From: Octopus vulgaris
Lineage: Eukaryota
DNA length: 64,000 nucleotides
Assembly: GCA_951406725.2 (NCBI GenBank)
Contig: OX597836.1
Coordinates: 9,858,001-9,922,000 of the forward strand
Direction: 5' to 3'
Below, in pieces: positions 39,099 to 53,265 of the stretch. The notes beneath the pieces were generated by a model. That model was not told the DNA's origin, did not search any database, and was given only the letters and a program-made list of their open reading frames with translations. The position numbers and the translations under genes are program-made. How positions within the stretch are numbered: position 1 is the first letter of the stretch; each line of letters starts with the position of its first letter.

Positions 39099-39788
39099 TT
39101 TACCATTTTTGTGGTGCCCCTTTTTCCTTGATGCACTAAGCATGTACTTATTTGGCTTAATGGTTAATCCACTGCTGGCCAAAGTCAGAGTGGGTCTGTA
39201 AGGGATTTTATGCCAACCAGGCAAGTGATCCTTTTTTTTCTAGTAATATGGCCCTGAGCTGACTAAAGCCTTATAGTCAGGAGATAAGGCAGTGTCCATG
39301 ACCCTCTACAGAGTCATGGGCACTGCCTTGTCCCTATCGTGGGGAGAGAGGGAGGGATGAAGGAAAGTATTCCCAAATAACAGACCTGGCCCCAAGTCCA
39401 ACGGAGTGGACTTCTTCACTAAAGATAACTAGGGGACCAGATGGTTTTAATCCAGGCAATGGCTGAAGTCTAATTCTCAGGTAGGCCATGGTGAGATTTG
39501 AACATGAAATGCAGAGAGTGGGAACAAATACCACAAGGTACCTGGTCTGGTGTTCTGAAAGTCCCACCAATCCACTACCTGGGATCGCTACTCTTTTCCC
39601 CTTTTTTTTTTAATCAACCCCGAAAGGATGAAAGGCAAAGTTGACCTCAGCAGGATTTGAACTCAGAACAGAGAGAGAGAGAGCTGGAGCGAATGCAACA
39701 ACACTCTAATGACCTCTGCCAATTTGCTGCCTGCGCACAAATTAGAATTACACAGAAGAAAGCTCTTGAGAAAAGGTACAAATCTCAC

Positions 39789-39864
39789 TTTCCGTATTTA
39801 GATCCGAAGCCTCGTGGCTATGTATGGAATCAATGTTCGGCTTGGAACCATGACACTGCATCAT
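39789..39864 (-). CDS. Candidate first coding exon; MMQCHGSKPNIDSIHSHEASDLNTE + 1 nt
   Basis: ATGATG at 39864-39859, open frame to a GTGAGA donor (39788-39783), in-frame upstream TAA, unique sequence. Phase 1, so it cannot join the phase-0 exon at 10838 directly. Confidence 0.3.
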
Positions 39865-40067
39865 GTCAAATGAGTGGATGTTATCTCTTTGTTGTAGTTG
39901 TTGTTGTTGCTGCTGCGGTGGTTTTGCTTTTATTTATTCTTTTGTTGGTTTTTTTTTTTGGAAATATGTGCTATTATTATTTTCTGAAATTGCCACTTAT
40001 TAATTTAACCAAATCAACTCCACTAATTAGTCATTTTAATTTCATAATAAAATTAACAACAGCATCA

Positions 40068-40077
40068 ATAATAATAA

Positions 40078-40108
<31 letters not shown>

Positions 40109-40112
40109 AGTA

Positions 40113-40157
<45 letters not shown>

Positions 40158-40166
40158 GTAATAATG

Positions 40167-40201
<35 letters not shown>

Positions 40202-40385
40202 TATAACAATAATAATAATAATAATAATGATAATAATAATAATAATAACAATAATAATAATGATAATAATAATAATAATGATAATAATAATAATAATAAT
40301 GATAATAATAATAATAATAATAATAATTATAATAATGATAATAATGATAATAATAATAATAATAACAATAATAATAATGATGATG

Positions 40386-40417
<32 letters not shown>

Positions 40418-40434
40418 ATAATGATGATGACGTT

Positions 40435-40469
<35 letters not shown>

Positions 40470-40500
40470 TGATGACGATGATGGTGGTGATGATGATGAT
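40068..40500. repeat. Very long (AAT)n/(GAT)n trinucleotide microsatellite
   Basis: About 430 bp of aat with interspersed gat/aac/agt variants. Confidence 0.97.
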
Positions 40501-40838
40501 TAAAAAAAAAGAACCTGCCATCTACCGCAGACCAGACCATCAATTTAACAATTGAGATCGTTAAATCAGGAACAGATTCCACATTAAATAACAATTAAAC
40601 AACACTCTTAAATTATCTCACCACATCGACAATTAGATTTCCCCCCACCCCATTTCTGCCCCCATCTTGCCCACATTCTCTTTCGTCTCTTTCATCTGAC
40701 TTTCTCCGTCTCTCTCTCCTCCTCCTCCTCCTCTCTTTCTCTATATTTTTCTCTCTGACTCTTTCTCTCTCTCTCTGTCACATTCCCTTCTCATCAGTTC
40801 ATCTCTTATCTATCTAATCATCTCTCCCTTTCTCTGCA

Positions 40839-40883
<45 letters not shown>

Positions 40884-40964
40884 CCATTGATGTCTTTTTT
40901 TTTAAGCTTTATTCTTTTTTTTTCTCCTTTTTTTTTTTACCTGTTTATCAGTCTGTATTTTCTC

Positions 40965-41551
40965 TGGCAGAAGCGTTAGCACGCCGGGCAAAATTCTTAG
41001 CGGTATTTCATCTGTCTACATATTCTGAGTTCAAATTCTGCTGAGGTCGACTTTGCCTTTCATCCTTTCGGGGTCGATAAATAAAGTACCAGTTACGCAC
41101 TGGGGTCGATATAATCAACTTAATCCGTTTGTCTGTCCTTGTTTGTCCTCTCTGTGTTTAGCCCCTTGGGTGTAGTAAAGAAATAGGTATTTCGTCTGCC
41201 ATTACGTTCTGAGTTCAAATTCTGCTGAGGTCGACTTTGCATTTCATCCTTTTGGGGTCGATAAATAAAGTACCAGTTACGCACTGGGGTCGATATAATC
41301 GACTTAATCCATTTGTCTGCCCTTGTTTGTCCTCTGTGTTTAGCCCCTTGGGTGTAGTAAAGAAATAGGTATTTCGTCTACCATTACGTTCTGAGTTCAA
41401 ATTCTGCTGAGGTCGACTTTGCCTTTCATCCTTTCGGGGTCGATAAATAAAGTACCAGTTACGCACTGGGGGTCGATGTAATCAACTTAATACCTATGTC
41501 TGTCCTTGTTTGTCCCCTCTATGTTTAGCCCCCTTGTGGGCAATAAAGAAA
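40965..41551 (+). mobile_element. SINE family A trimer
   Basis: Three near-identical bodies joined by aagaaataggtatttcgtc at ~41180 and ~41361. Confidence 0.85.
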
Positions 41552-43244
41552 TATATTTAATTCTCTTATTCTCTCTCTCTCTCTCTGTATCTATCTGTCT
41601 GTCTCCTTATCTATCTATCTATCTATCTCCCTCAATGTCTTTTTATGTAAGTCTTATTCTTTCTCCCTTTCACTCCCCACTTGTCAGTTTGTTTCTATCT
41701 AATTCCATCTGCCTGTCTATCTGTTCCTCTCTCTCTCTCCTTGCCAAATAGTTCTTTCTCAAGTAAGATGTTCCAACCAAATTCTGTCCATCTAATAATA
41801 TACATCCAACTCAAAAAAAGTCCATCGATCGAACAAAAACCAAAGAATACCACAGAACCATTCCTAACCACTGGTTAAAGAGTAAACTACCAGTTGCAGA
41901 GATGACCACAGGAAGAAAATAGCAGATTGCTGACAATAAAATTCTAATGATAGCCAGCTGCCGATCATTAGGCCCAGCCTCTCAAGTTTGGATTATAATT
42001 ACACCATATGGTGAACAGGTTGAATATCAGCTTCAATGACGGATGCAGTAAACTACAATATTTATCTCATCAGCATCATTGATGCAACGTTACATATAAA
42101 CTTAAGAGAACTTAATAGAAAGTACATAGAAATTTTTTTTATTCGAAGTAAATATCAGGCCATTCTTGGAGAAATTGCAGACAATCTCTTCTCAGCATAC
42201 AAGAGAAGTTTATCTAGTATGATTTTCACAAGCAAAACATACGAGTGAACACCATCATCATCATCATCATGTTGATGGTTTAGGGGCAGCGAGCTGGTAG
42301 AAACGTTATGCACGCCGGGCGAAATGTGTAGCCATATTTCATCTGCCGTTACGTTCTGAGTTCAAATTCCGCCGAGGTCGATTTTGCCTTTCATCCTTTC
42401 GGGGTCGATAAATTAAGTACCAGTTACGCACTGGGGTCGATATAATCAACTTAATCCATTTGTCTGTCCGTGTTTGTCCTCTCTGTGTTTAGCCCCTTGT
42501 GGGTAGTAAAGAAATAGGTTTAACATCCACTTTTCCATGCTTGCATGGGTTAGACATAATTTAATTGAGGCAGATTTCCTATGACTAAATGCCCTTCTTG
42601 TTCGTAACCCTCACCTGTTTCTAAGCAAGGTAATATTTATTTCTTTATTGCTCAGTGTGTAACTGGTACTTATTTAATCGACCCCGAAAGGATGAAAGGC
42701 AAAGTCGACCTCGGCGGAATTTGAACTCAGAACATGAAGACAGGGTTGATAAATTAAGTACCAGTTGCGCACTTGGGTCGATTCAATCAACTTGCCCCCT
42801 ACCCCACCAAATTTCGGGCCTTGTGCCTAGAGCAGAAAAGATGATTACATCAATTAATAGGTAAGTTAAATAGTGATTGATTGATTAAGAGTCGATGGCT
42901 ATTTGGTTAAGATCTTATTTGACAGCAGGAAAATTTGGAAATATTTAAATTGCCAGCATTTTAGAAAAGAGAGAAGAAAGCCGTGGAATAATTGTGTTTC
43001 TAATGCATAATTGCAGCCTGTAGCAATACTTGCACTTCAGTTGCGTTATGCATCAGTGGTTTATCCAGGAAATATATTGGGTTGGCAAGCAGCTTCTATT
43101 TATGTAATTGTCCTATATTGTCTCAAAGGACATGTTCAAAGGAATCTGTCAGGTTAGAAAGTAATAAATAATAATGTGTTATGCAAATATGAAAATCTAC
43201 AGGTAGGCTTTCAGGATATTTCTAGTAGAATACATCTATGGGAA

Positions 43245-43792
43245 AATGGGAGAATGGTGATGAAGAAAGAAAGAAAGGGTGATGAGAGGAGAAGAGGGAA
43301 AAAAAAAAAGAGAGTGGGTGGGGGGTGGAGGAGGGAGGGAGGGTGAGGGATGTGGGAGAGGTTGGGGCAGCTACAGGGAAGAAGGGGAACGGGATGGGGA
43401 AGGACAGGGGTAGAAGGGGAGGGGGAAATGGAGAGAGAAGAAAGGGATGATATGGGAAGAGTGATAGAGGAAGGAGGGGAAGAGTGATAGAGAAAGGAGA
43501 GGAAGAGAGAAATGAGGGAGGGAGGGGGAAGATGGGGAAAGAGGAGGGGGAAGATGGGGAAAGAGGAGTGGGTAGGAGGAAGAGATGAGGGAGGCAGGGA
43601 GGAGAGAGGAGAGAAGGGGTGGATGATATAGAGAGGAGAGAAGGGGTGGATGATATAGAGAGGAGAGAAGGGGTGGATGATATATAGAGGAGAGGGAGCA
43701 AGAGAGGGGAAGAGTGGTAGAGAGAGGGAAGAAGAGAGAGAGAGAGATATATAGAGAGATAGAGATAAAGAAAAAGAGAGAGAGAGAGAGAG
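43245..43792. repeat. Polypurine (GA-rich) low-complexity tract including 3 copies of gaggagagaaggggtggatgatata
   Basis: Directly visible. Confidence 0.9.
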
Positions 43793-44669
43793 TATTGCCG
43801 AGCTGTTCTGAGTGTAATTTTTATTTCAAGTTGGTGAGTGTGAAGGAAGGGGGCAGCCCCTTCGGCCTTTGGAGGCCTTCCTAGATTGGTGAGATTCATG
43901 TTGTTTATGCTGTTCTTGGATCTCTGTAAGTTGACCACTCAAAGGGAAAGATATGAGCAGGGATGGAGATCCAAAGATCCAGTGTTTGCTGGCAGGAAGG
44001 ATTGGATATAGTAATCAGTGAAGGGCCTGGTTGGGTTTAGTTACAAGGGTTGAGGAAAGGAAGGGGAGATGGATGGGATGGGAATGTTTGAGTGGAGTCA
44101 GTCAGCTCAAAGGAGCAGAGGCCATTATAGTTGTTGTGGAAAGGGGAGAGAGAGAGAAGAGGGGGCAGTGGGGAGAGAGGAAAAGAGAAAAAACGAGAGG
44201 GAAAGACAGAGAGTGAGAAAGAGAGAGAGAGAGAAACAAAGAGGGGGAGAGAAAGAGAAGACAGCATGTCCATGGGCCAGAGTAACACGATGCCAATCAA
44301 TCAGGTGGCCCTCCCTCATCAGTTTTTGCTCAGTGGTTCTCTGAGATTAGATGGACAAATTAGCAGTTACAAATAAATAAGCCTTTGATGTCTTAATCTA
44401 TCCTGGTTATTCACTGTTTAAAAAAAAAAATCCCATCCAATCATTCTGGCTCAGTCCATCTAGTTATAAACAGCATCAACAAAATAGATAGAAATTAAGA
44501 TAAATACCCCTTTCGGATGCATGGGATCTGTGAGAGTCTTTACTTAGTTCCAGGTATGATGTTATATAAAGAAGATATAAATCACCCCCCCCCCCAATTA
44601 CTCAAAGAGCGGAGGGAGTTATACCTTTTCGTATGCTTATGTTGATATCGCGTCATACTTGTAAATATA

Positions 44670-45207
44670 TATTTCTTTACTGCCCACAAGGGGCTAAACA
44701 CAGAGAGGACAAACAAGGACAGACAAAGAGATTAAGTCGATTACATCGACCCCAGTGCGAAACTGGTACTTCATTTATCGACCCCGAAAGGATGAAAGGC
44801 AAAGTCGACCTCGGCGGAATTTGAACTCAGAACGAAACAACAGATGAAATACCTATTTCTATTTCTTTACTGCCCACAAGGGGCTAAACAGAGAGGGGAC
44901 AAACAAGGACAGACAACCGGATTAAGTCGATTACATCGACCCCAGTGCGAAACAGATACCTTATTTATCGACCCCGAAAGGATGAAAGGCAAAGTCGACC
45001 TCGGCGGAATTTGAACTCAGAACGAAACAACAGACGAAGTACCTATTTCTATTTCTTTACTACCCAGAAGGGGCTAAACACAGAGAGGACAAACAAGGAC
45101 AGACAAACGGATTAAGTCGGAATTTGAACTCAGAACGTAGCGGCAGACGAAATACTGGTAAGCATTTCGCCCGGCGTGCTAACGTTTCTGCCAGCCCCTC
45201 GCCGCCT
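44670..45207 (-). mobile_element. SINE family A trimer (head-proximal unit internally deleted)
   Basis: Reverse-complement bodies with tacctatttctatttctttac junctions; head ctgccagcccctcgccgcc at ~45188-45207. Confidence 0.85.
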
Positions 45208-46039
45208 TCATCATACTTGTAAATAAGTGTCACATAAGCAGCCTCTTTCCTTTTCAATATTCTGTAAGAATGTGTCAGGTCAAGAAGGAATATTACCTTT
45301 GTTTGATGTCAGGAAGAGAACCTGACCATAGAAAATCAGGCCCACGCAAGCATGGAAATGTAGACATAAAAACGTCGACGATAACTGAAGTATGGAAAGC
45401 AAAAGTCATCAGAAATAATACCAGAGAAAATTGTGAATGTTAATTGAAAAATAAAGAAAAAAAGAAAAGAAAAGAAAATCTTTGAAAAATATTGAAATAT
45501 TTGGAGAGAGAAAAAAACAAGAAAATAAAAATAATTAAATCTAACAAACAAACTGACAGCAGCGTGTATTTATCACAGAAATTTTCCTTTTCAGAATTGT
45601 TTGTTATCTTTTATATTTACATAGCTAGCAACTTGAACTAGCCATTGGCAACTTTTTATCAGTTATAAGTTCTCTGCAATAATTAAATATCATAGAGCAA
45701 TCTTTCAACACACGACACACTAATTCACAAAGCTACACAATACTAAATGTTGCCTCTGGTGTTAGAAACGTGAAGCCTTTACAATAACTATCAAAATGTA
45801 AGTTCTCTGCAGTGCTTAATTAAATATCATGGTCCAATCTTTTATTAAACGACACAATAATTTAAACCACACTGTGTCATTAAACGTTACCTCAGGTATT
45901 TAAGATACGAAATCTATACAGGTATTATTAACATAATTTTATGAAAAACAATACTTATTACCTACATCTTAAACAGATATTACCGAAATTTATTAGAGAA
46001 AATACTCCAAAGATTTCTGGTGTTTCTTTTATAACGTAT

Positions 46040-46420
46040 TACTCTTTTACTTGCTTCAGTCATTTGACTGTGGCCATGCTGGAGCACCGCATGTAGTCAA
46101 GCAAAGCGACCCCAGGACTTAGTCTTTGTAAGCCTAGTACTTATTCTATCGGTCTCTTTTACCGAACCGCTAAGTTACGGGGACGTAAACACACCAGCAT
46201 CGGTTGTCAAGCAATACTAAGGGGACAAACACATACATACATACATATATATACATACGATGGGCTTCTTTCAGTTTCCGTCTACCAAATCCACTCACAA
46301 GGCTTTGGTCGGCCCGAGGCTATAGTATTAAACACTTGCCCAAGGTGCCAAGCAGTGGGACTGAACCCGGAACCAAATGGTTCGTAAGCAAGCTACTTAC
46401 CACACAGCCACTCCTACGCC
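46040..46420 (-). mobile_element. SINE family B, full length (tRNA head, CORE-like ccttgggcaagtg, internal TA/TG microsatellite, gtaaaaga tail)
   Basis: Closely similar copies at ~2015-2390(-), 14662-15057(-), 25405-25802(+), 33968-34382(+), 47700-48100(-), 50350-50800(-), 53722-54127(-), 57126-57518(+). Confidence 0.85.
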
Positions 46421-46710
46421 TAATAGTTAATATTGGTTTCACAATTTGGCACAAGGCCAGTAATTTCGGGGTGAGTGTGAGTCTGTTACATCAACCCTAG
46501 TATGCTTATTTATCAGCCCCAAAAGGATGAAAAGCAAAGGCGACCTCGGCCGAATTTGAAACCAAAACGCGAGGAGACGGACGAAATGCCGCTAAGCATT
46601 CTCCCCGATGTGCTAACGGTACAGCCAACTCGTCACCTTTAATACTTTGGCCACAGTCAAATGACTGAAAAGAGTAAAAGAGAATTATAAAAAGGAAAGT
46701 TATATTGAAA

Positions 46711-47199
46711 CTAGCAGTATCGCCCGGCGTTGCTCGGGTTTGTAAGGGAAATAACTATATAAGCATTTTTAGAGAGTTATAGCCAAAATATAGCAAAAAA
46801 ATGCATTAAAGATGGAAAAAAAATGATGGTAAATTTTTTTTTAAATCGTAGACATTTTTAGAGAGTTACTTCCCTTATATAATAGCGAAAAAATGCATTA
46901 AAATGGAAAAAAAATATGGTGAATTTTTTTTTAAATCGTTGACTCATCGTAGACATTTTAGAGAGTTACTTCCCTTATATAATAGCGAAAAATGCATTAA
47001 AATGGAAAACAAATGATGGTAAATTTTTTTAAAAATCGTAGACTCATCGTAGACGCGCGCTAATACCCAGAAGGGCTCGATATGAATGACGACTATAAGA
47101 TACCCGGTTTTGGTTAAACTGCACCGCAAAATGTGGGAGTAGTTAGGAAATCTAAATCATTGGGAAATAGACACACAACTTGACTTTTATATATAAAGA
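46711..47199 (-). mobile_element. Non-autonomous Helitron with internal ~100-bp tandem repeats
   Basis: Minus strand starts A|TCTTTATATATAAAA (nearly the same start as the 11182 element) and ends with hairpin cccg-agcaacgc-cggg then CTAG|T. About three internal copies of catttttagagagtta...aaatcgt. Confidence 0.85.
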
Positions 47200-47896
47200 T
47201 ATGTTATCTAGAAATAATATGAAACCAAGAGAGGGGGAAAAAAACCCAATAAATAAACATCATTTACCAACATAGAATCTCACTTTAGAGCATTGAAATG
47301 CCAACATATTGATTCTTCGTAGAGTTGATGCAATAAATATAATTAAAATACTTAAAATATTGGAGTTCAGACCGTCTATCTAACTGAAAAGCTACTAATA
47401 TTTAACGAACACATCGATATTTATGATGTTAATAAATTATATTTACCCCAAACAAAATTAAAAGTACACTGAAGATAAATTATATTTACTCTAAGCTAAA
47501 TTAAAAGTACGCTGAAGATACTTCTAACGAAATTACGTTAATCAATAAAGAAACTCGTTGTTTTAAAGACTGTCAGGATTGTTAGAGACAAGTGATGTAA
47601 GGGAGGTAATTACGGCAACGTAATTGGCATTTAATTATTTTTTTTTTCGTTAATTGATTTTGTTATACTTTTTGTTCTTCGTTTTGTAATTATTAATTTC
47701 TTTTATCTTTTGTGAGATTCAGTCATTAGACTGTGGCCATGCAGGAGCACCGCTCAGAAAGATTTTAGTCGTGCAAATCGACCTCCAATGTTATTTTCTT
47801 TTTTTTTTTAAACTTAATACTGATTCTATAGGTCTTTTGCAGAACCGCTAAGGTATGGGGACGTAAACAAACCAATACCAGTTGTTAAACGGCGAG

Positions 47897-47937
<41 letters not shown>

Positions 47938-49225
47938 TACATACAGAGGGCTTCTTTCAGTTTCTGTCAATCAAATTCACTCACAAGATTTTCGTCGTCC
48001 GAAGCGATAGCAGAAGACACTTACCCACGACGACACACAGAGGGACTGAACCCGGAGCCTTATGGTTGGGAAATAAACGGCTTACCACACAGCCATGCCA
48101 GTTCCTACATTTTATTTCACTCTTCGTAAATATTAATTTTAAAATAATAATAATAATAATGATAAAGCTTTCATTTATTTGCCACAAGGATGAAAAGCAG
48201 AGTCAACCTTGGCAGAATTTGAACTCAGAACGTAAAGACGGACGAAATGACGCTGAGCATTTCGCCTGGCGTGCTAACGATTCTGCCAGCTCGCCGCCTA
48301 AGGAATAATAATTGGGGTTTCAAATTTTTGGCACAAGGCCAGCAATTTGTGCCGAAGGGGATTAAGTCAATTACACATTGACCCCAGTACTCAACTGGTA
48401 TTTATTTAATCGACCCTGAAAGGATGACAGGCAAAGTTGACCTCAATGGTAATTGAAATGTAGTAGTAGTAATAATAATAATAATAATAGTGATAATTTA
48501 TTTCTTTATTGCCCACAAGGGGCTAAAAACAGAGGGGACAAACAAAGGGATTAAGTCGATTGCATCGACCCCCAGTGTGTAACTGGTACTTATTTTATCG
48601 ACCCCTAAAGGATGAAAGGTAAAGTCGACCTCGGTGGAATTTGAACTCAGAACGTATTTGTACATCATATATTATATGATGTGCAGAGAAAATGAAGGAG
48701 GAAGGATAAACATGTTTGTGTTATTAGTTCCTATGCGTCAGTGTGTGTGTGTGTGTTTGTGAGAAAGCGAGAGGGGGGGGAAGCGAGAAGGGGGGGGGAA
48801 GAGAGGCATCTTTCAGTATCCATTCACAAAGGCTTCTAGCCAGAGCTATAGCAGATGTTTAGCCCTGGGTGCAGCAGAGTGAAACTGAACCAGAACGTAT
48901 CTACACAGCAGCCACGCAAATAAATAAATAAATAAAAAGAAAAAGGAATCCATACAAAACTACAGTCTCTTTAATGGTGTTTCCATCATACAGAAAGAAA
49001 CCCAATCAGAACGGCAATCAAATCTACATCTATATATATATATATACATAAACACATGCTGTATGTTGCATTAGCTGAGAAAATCACTCAGTGCCAAAGC
49101 ATGTTTCAGCTGGATATGACAGCATAACAAGCGAAAGTGTCATTCCTGTCAGAAGCAATAAATATTCAGTGAATCTAACTCCCAATCCATATAAATAGGG
49201 CGATTGGTGATTATTTAATGCCTTT

Positions 49226-49938
49226 ATTATTGGAATATAAATTTTGCTGGCTTTATAATTATTATTTCTAATTTTGGCACAAGGCTAGAAATTTTGAGAG
49301 GAGGGGCAAGTCGATTGCATAGGCTCCAGGCTTTATAATTATTATTTCTAATTTTGGCACAAGGCTAGCAATTTTGAGAGGAGGGGCAAGTCGATTGCAT
49401 AGGCTCCAGACTTTATTGGAATATAAATTTTGCTGGCTTTATAATTATTATTTCTAATTTTGGCACAAGGCTGGCAATTTTGAGAGGAGGGGCAAGTCGA
49501 TTGCATAGGCTCCAGACTTTATTGGAATATAAATTTTGCTGGCTTTATAATTATTATTTCTAATTTTGGCACAAGGCTGGCAATTTTGAGAGGAGGGGCA
49601 AGTCGATTGCATAGGCTCCAGACTTTATTGGAATATAAATTTTGCTGGCTTTATAATTATTATTTCTAATTTTGGCACAAGGCTGGCAATTTTGAGAGGA
49701 GGGGCAAGTCGATTGCATAGGCTCCAGACTTTATTGGAATATAAATTTTGCTGGCTTTATAATTATTATTTCTAATTTTGGCACAAGGCTGGCAATTTTG
49801 AGAGGAGGGGCAAGTCGATTGCATAGGCTCCAGACTTTATTGGAATATAAATTTTGCTGGCTTTATAATTATTATTTCTAATTTTGGCACAAGGCTAGCA
49901 ATTTTGAGAGGAGGGGCAAGTCGATTGCATAGGCTCCA
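49226..49938. repeat. Young 106-bp tandem array (about 7 copies, one shortened to ~80 bp)
   Basis: Units start at 49411, 49517, 49623, 49729 and 49835 (period exactly 106) and are almost identical. Confidence 0.92.
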
Positions 49939-50552
49939 GGGATAAACTGCAACTTGATTCATTGGCCCTGAAATGATGAATGGGAAGGATGATCTTGGTG
50001 AAATTTGAACTCAAAACATAAAGAGCTAGTAAAAAATAATGCTAAGCTAATGACTCTGCTGGCTTGCACCCATTTTTGCTAATGACTCTGCCGGTTCGGA
50101 CCCTCTTTTGCTAATGACTCTGCTGGTTTGCACCCCATTTTGCTAATGACTGACGGCTTGCACCCCTTTTTGCTAATGACTGCTGGCTTGCACCCCTTTT
50201 TGCTAATGACTCTGCTCACTCGCACAATTACCCCCTCCCCAATATATTTAAGAAGTTTTAAACTATCATCTGTTGTCCTGAGGGGTAATTGTCTGTTGGG
50301 GGTAGGTAAATGTCCTAGAGTCGCTCAATCTATCCTCAGTTATTCTATTATTCTTTTACTTGTTTTGGTCATTTGACTGCAACCATGCTGGAGCACCACC
50401 TTGAAGGGTTTTAGTTGAACAAATCGACTTCATGACTTATTTTTTAAGCCTAGTACTTATTCTATCAGTCTCTTTTGCCAAACTGCTGAGCTACAGGGAC
50501 ATAAACACACCAGCACTGGTTGTCAAGTGGTGTTGGAAGGACACATGCATAG

Positions 50553-50640
<88 letters not shown>

Positions 50641-51992
50641 CAGGCTTCTTTCAGTTTCCGTCTACAAAATCCAATTGCAAGTCTTTGGTCAGCCTAAGGC
50701 TATAGTAGAAGACACTTACTCAAGGTGCCATGCAGTGGGACTGAACCTGGAACCATGCGGTTAGTAAGCAAGCTTCTTACCACACAGCCACTCCTGCACC
50801 TGTTGACTAAATATCATCACAATTTCGACACCTATGATGATTTTATTCAATTTGGCAATATCAGCAATATAAGGTGGTGGTGGTGGTGGTGGTGGTGGGT
50901 GTATAGATGAACCAACACAATACTTGAGCAAACATGAACACAAAAACAAAACAATGAGACAAGAAGAGTAGCAAGAGAGGTAGAGGTCTGTAGATAAAAT
51001 GGGAATAAAAAGGTTGAGTAATGAGGTCAGTGAGAAAATATATATTAAATGAAAGAAACAAAGAAGCAAAGACAGTAACGAAAGAAAATATATAATACAC
51101 AACAGAGAGAGATCGTTGTATTCAAAGAATGTCTTATGATATATGGCAAAAAACAAAGACATACGTTTTTTCCCATTGGTAACGATAATAGAAACGATGA
51201 TGATCCAGTCATCATTTTTTCCCAATATCTATTTCTCATCTTGTGGTGAAGAGGAAGGCAGCATCCATCAGTTTGTAAAGGGCCTCTTATATGGATAGGA
51301 GGAGAGAAGAGTGTAAGTGACTACGGACAGGGGAGAAGAGTGTAAGTGTCTACAGACAGGAGACCTGGGATGAATATTTGCAATAGTGTGTTCTCTACTA
51401 AAGGCACCAAGCTGCCAGAAGGTGTACACACACACACACACACTCCTTTTATCTTTTACTTGTATTGATTATTGGAACAGTATCTTTAAGGGTTTTAGTC
51501 AAACAAACTGATCCTATCATGGTAAAGCTTGTCCATGGAGGGCTCTGATCTATCAACCTTCTCCCATGTTTCATTCCCTAACACCCAAAAAGCTGGCATT
51601 GGTGCCACATACAAAGAACTGAGGTTGGTGCCACGTAAAAAGAAGTGGCGTTGGTGCCATGTAAAATGACACGAAGAGGAGACAGATTGGTGTGACACTA
51701 GTGAAGTTACGCAGTTGATAAAAGTGTCTTTCCGGACTCAATGTTTTACCATTTATTTTTCCAGCACCCATCATGGTTTCAATTAGCTTACATTGAGGAA
51801 ACTGAAGTGATTTTTTTCTCCTGCCATATGCTGTATCAACTAGAAACAGTTGTAGAAATTATTTCTTTGTTAATTACAACATTTTCGTTTTTCATTTATT
51901 TGCAATAATAATTAAAAACATATTTTAATCCATTTTCTTTGGTAAAATAGAGCAGTTCATGTTTTTACAATATTTTTTTTTTTCAACACCAC

Positions 51993-52023
<31 letters not shown>

Positions 52024-52734
52024 AACTTGGAGTGATTGTAATGGTTTTGGCAGCAATAAATATCACTGTTTCTCAAGTAACCATAAATTGTAATGTTAGG
52101 AAGGAAGGAAGGAAGATAGATAGATAGATATAGATAGATAGATATACATAGATATAGATAGATAGATATACATATAGATAGATAGATATACATATAGATA
52201 GATAGATAGATATACATAGATATAGATAGATAGATATACATAGATATAGATAGATATACATAAATGATGATGATGATAGTATGGAAAGCGGACGTTAGAC
52301 GACGATGATGATGATGATGAGATACATACACACACACATACATACATACGTGTCATTTATCAAAATCTTACAAGATTCTTCATAGAATAACGGTTCGATA
52401 TTCCAGAATATTAGTTCAATATTCATCTATTCAAGACCGTTTCTCTTTGATGTATTATTAAAGAACAACACTGTAGCAGGTGGTTTGTTTTCGAAAAGAT
52501 AATCTATACTCTGTGATGGTACCAGAAACACTACATTTTTTCCCCAAATAAACAAGAGGGCTTCTATGTAGAAGCTCAATGTGGTAGAAATAGCAGCTAA
52601 ATCTCCATCAAATTATGTCAGCTTACTATTTTGAATAAAGAACATATCAAACAATGATTGGTCATACTTTGAGTATCTTTTATCATATGATAACATCTTT
52701 TACCTTTTACTTGTTTCAGTCATTAGATATATTT

Positions 52735-53130
52735 CATCATCATCATCATCGTTTAACGTCCGCTTTCCATGCTAGCATGGGTTGGACGGTTTGACTGAGG
52801 TCTGGCGAACCAGATGGCTGCAGCAGACTCCAATCATGATCTGGCAGAGTTTCTACAGCTGGATGCCCTTCCTAACGCCAACCACTCCAAGAGTGTAGTG
52901 GGTGCTTTTATGTGCCACCAGCACGGGGGCCAGCCAGGCGGTACTGGCAAGGACCTCGCTCGAATCTTTTTACACGTGCCAGTAAGGTGATGCAGGTAAC
53001 GATCCCGCTCAAATGGTGCCTTTTACATGCCACCGGTACAGAAGCCAATTAGCTGCTCTGGCAACGATCACGCTTGGATGGTGCTCTTAGCACCCCACTA
53101 GCACAGATGCCAGTCATCAAATTTGATTTT
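52735..53130 (-). mobile_element. Repeat family E (retroposon with ggacgttaaac(gat)n tail)
   Basis: Shared body ttaggaagggcatccagctgtagaaa...ccaacccatgctagcatggaaa and (GAT)n tail; copies at ~4450, 9515, 17822, 20450, 26390, 30278 and 61205. Confidence 0.7.
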
Positions 53131-53265
53131 GATTATATATGCCACAGAACTTCTCAGAACTAGACACTGTTATCTAAGCATTATCCAAGCCCAGTGATAT
53201 TATCCATGAAGTAAACAAACCAATATCAAGATTAACTGATCACCATAAAACATGAATCCATAAAC

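Noticed and set aside
39657-40594. 254-aa and 187-aa poly-Ile ORFs
   Set aside because: They are translations of the (AAT)n microsatellite.
40965-41551. Hammerhead-containing retrozyme interpretation of the family A multimers
   Set aside because: No CTGANGA...GAAA core was seen on either strand of the unit.
43222-43938. 238-aa Pro/Ser/Leu-rich ORF
   Set aside because: Antisense reading of a GA-rich low-complexity tract.
45650-45920. Two diverged ~130-bp copies of unique sequence (similar small duplications at 32840-33130, 47430-47520 and 51300-51360)
   Set aside because: Ordinary local tandem duplications with no further structure.
49226-49938. CRISPR-like regular array (also 9660-10200 and 30595-31030)
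   Set aside because: Whole units repeat with no unique spacers, there are no cas genes, and the context is eukaryotic.
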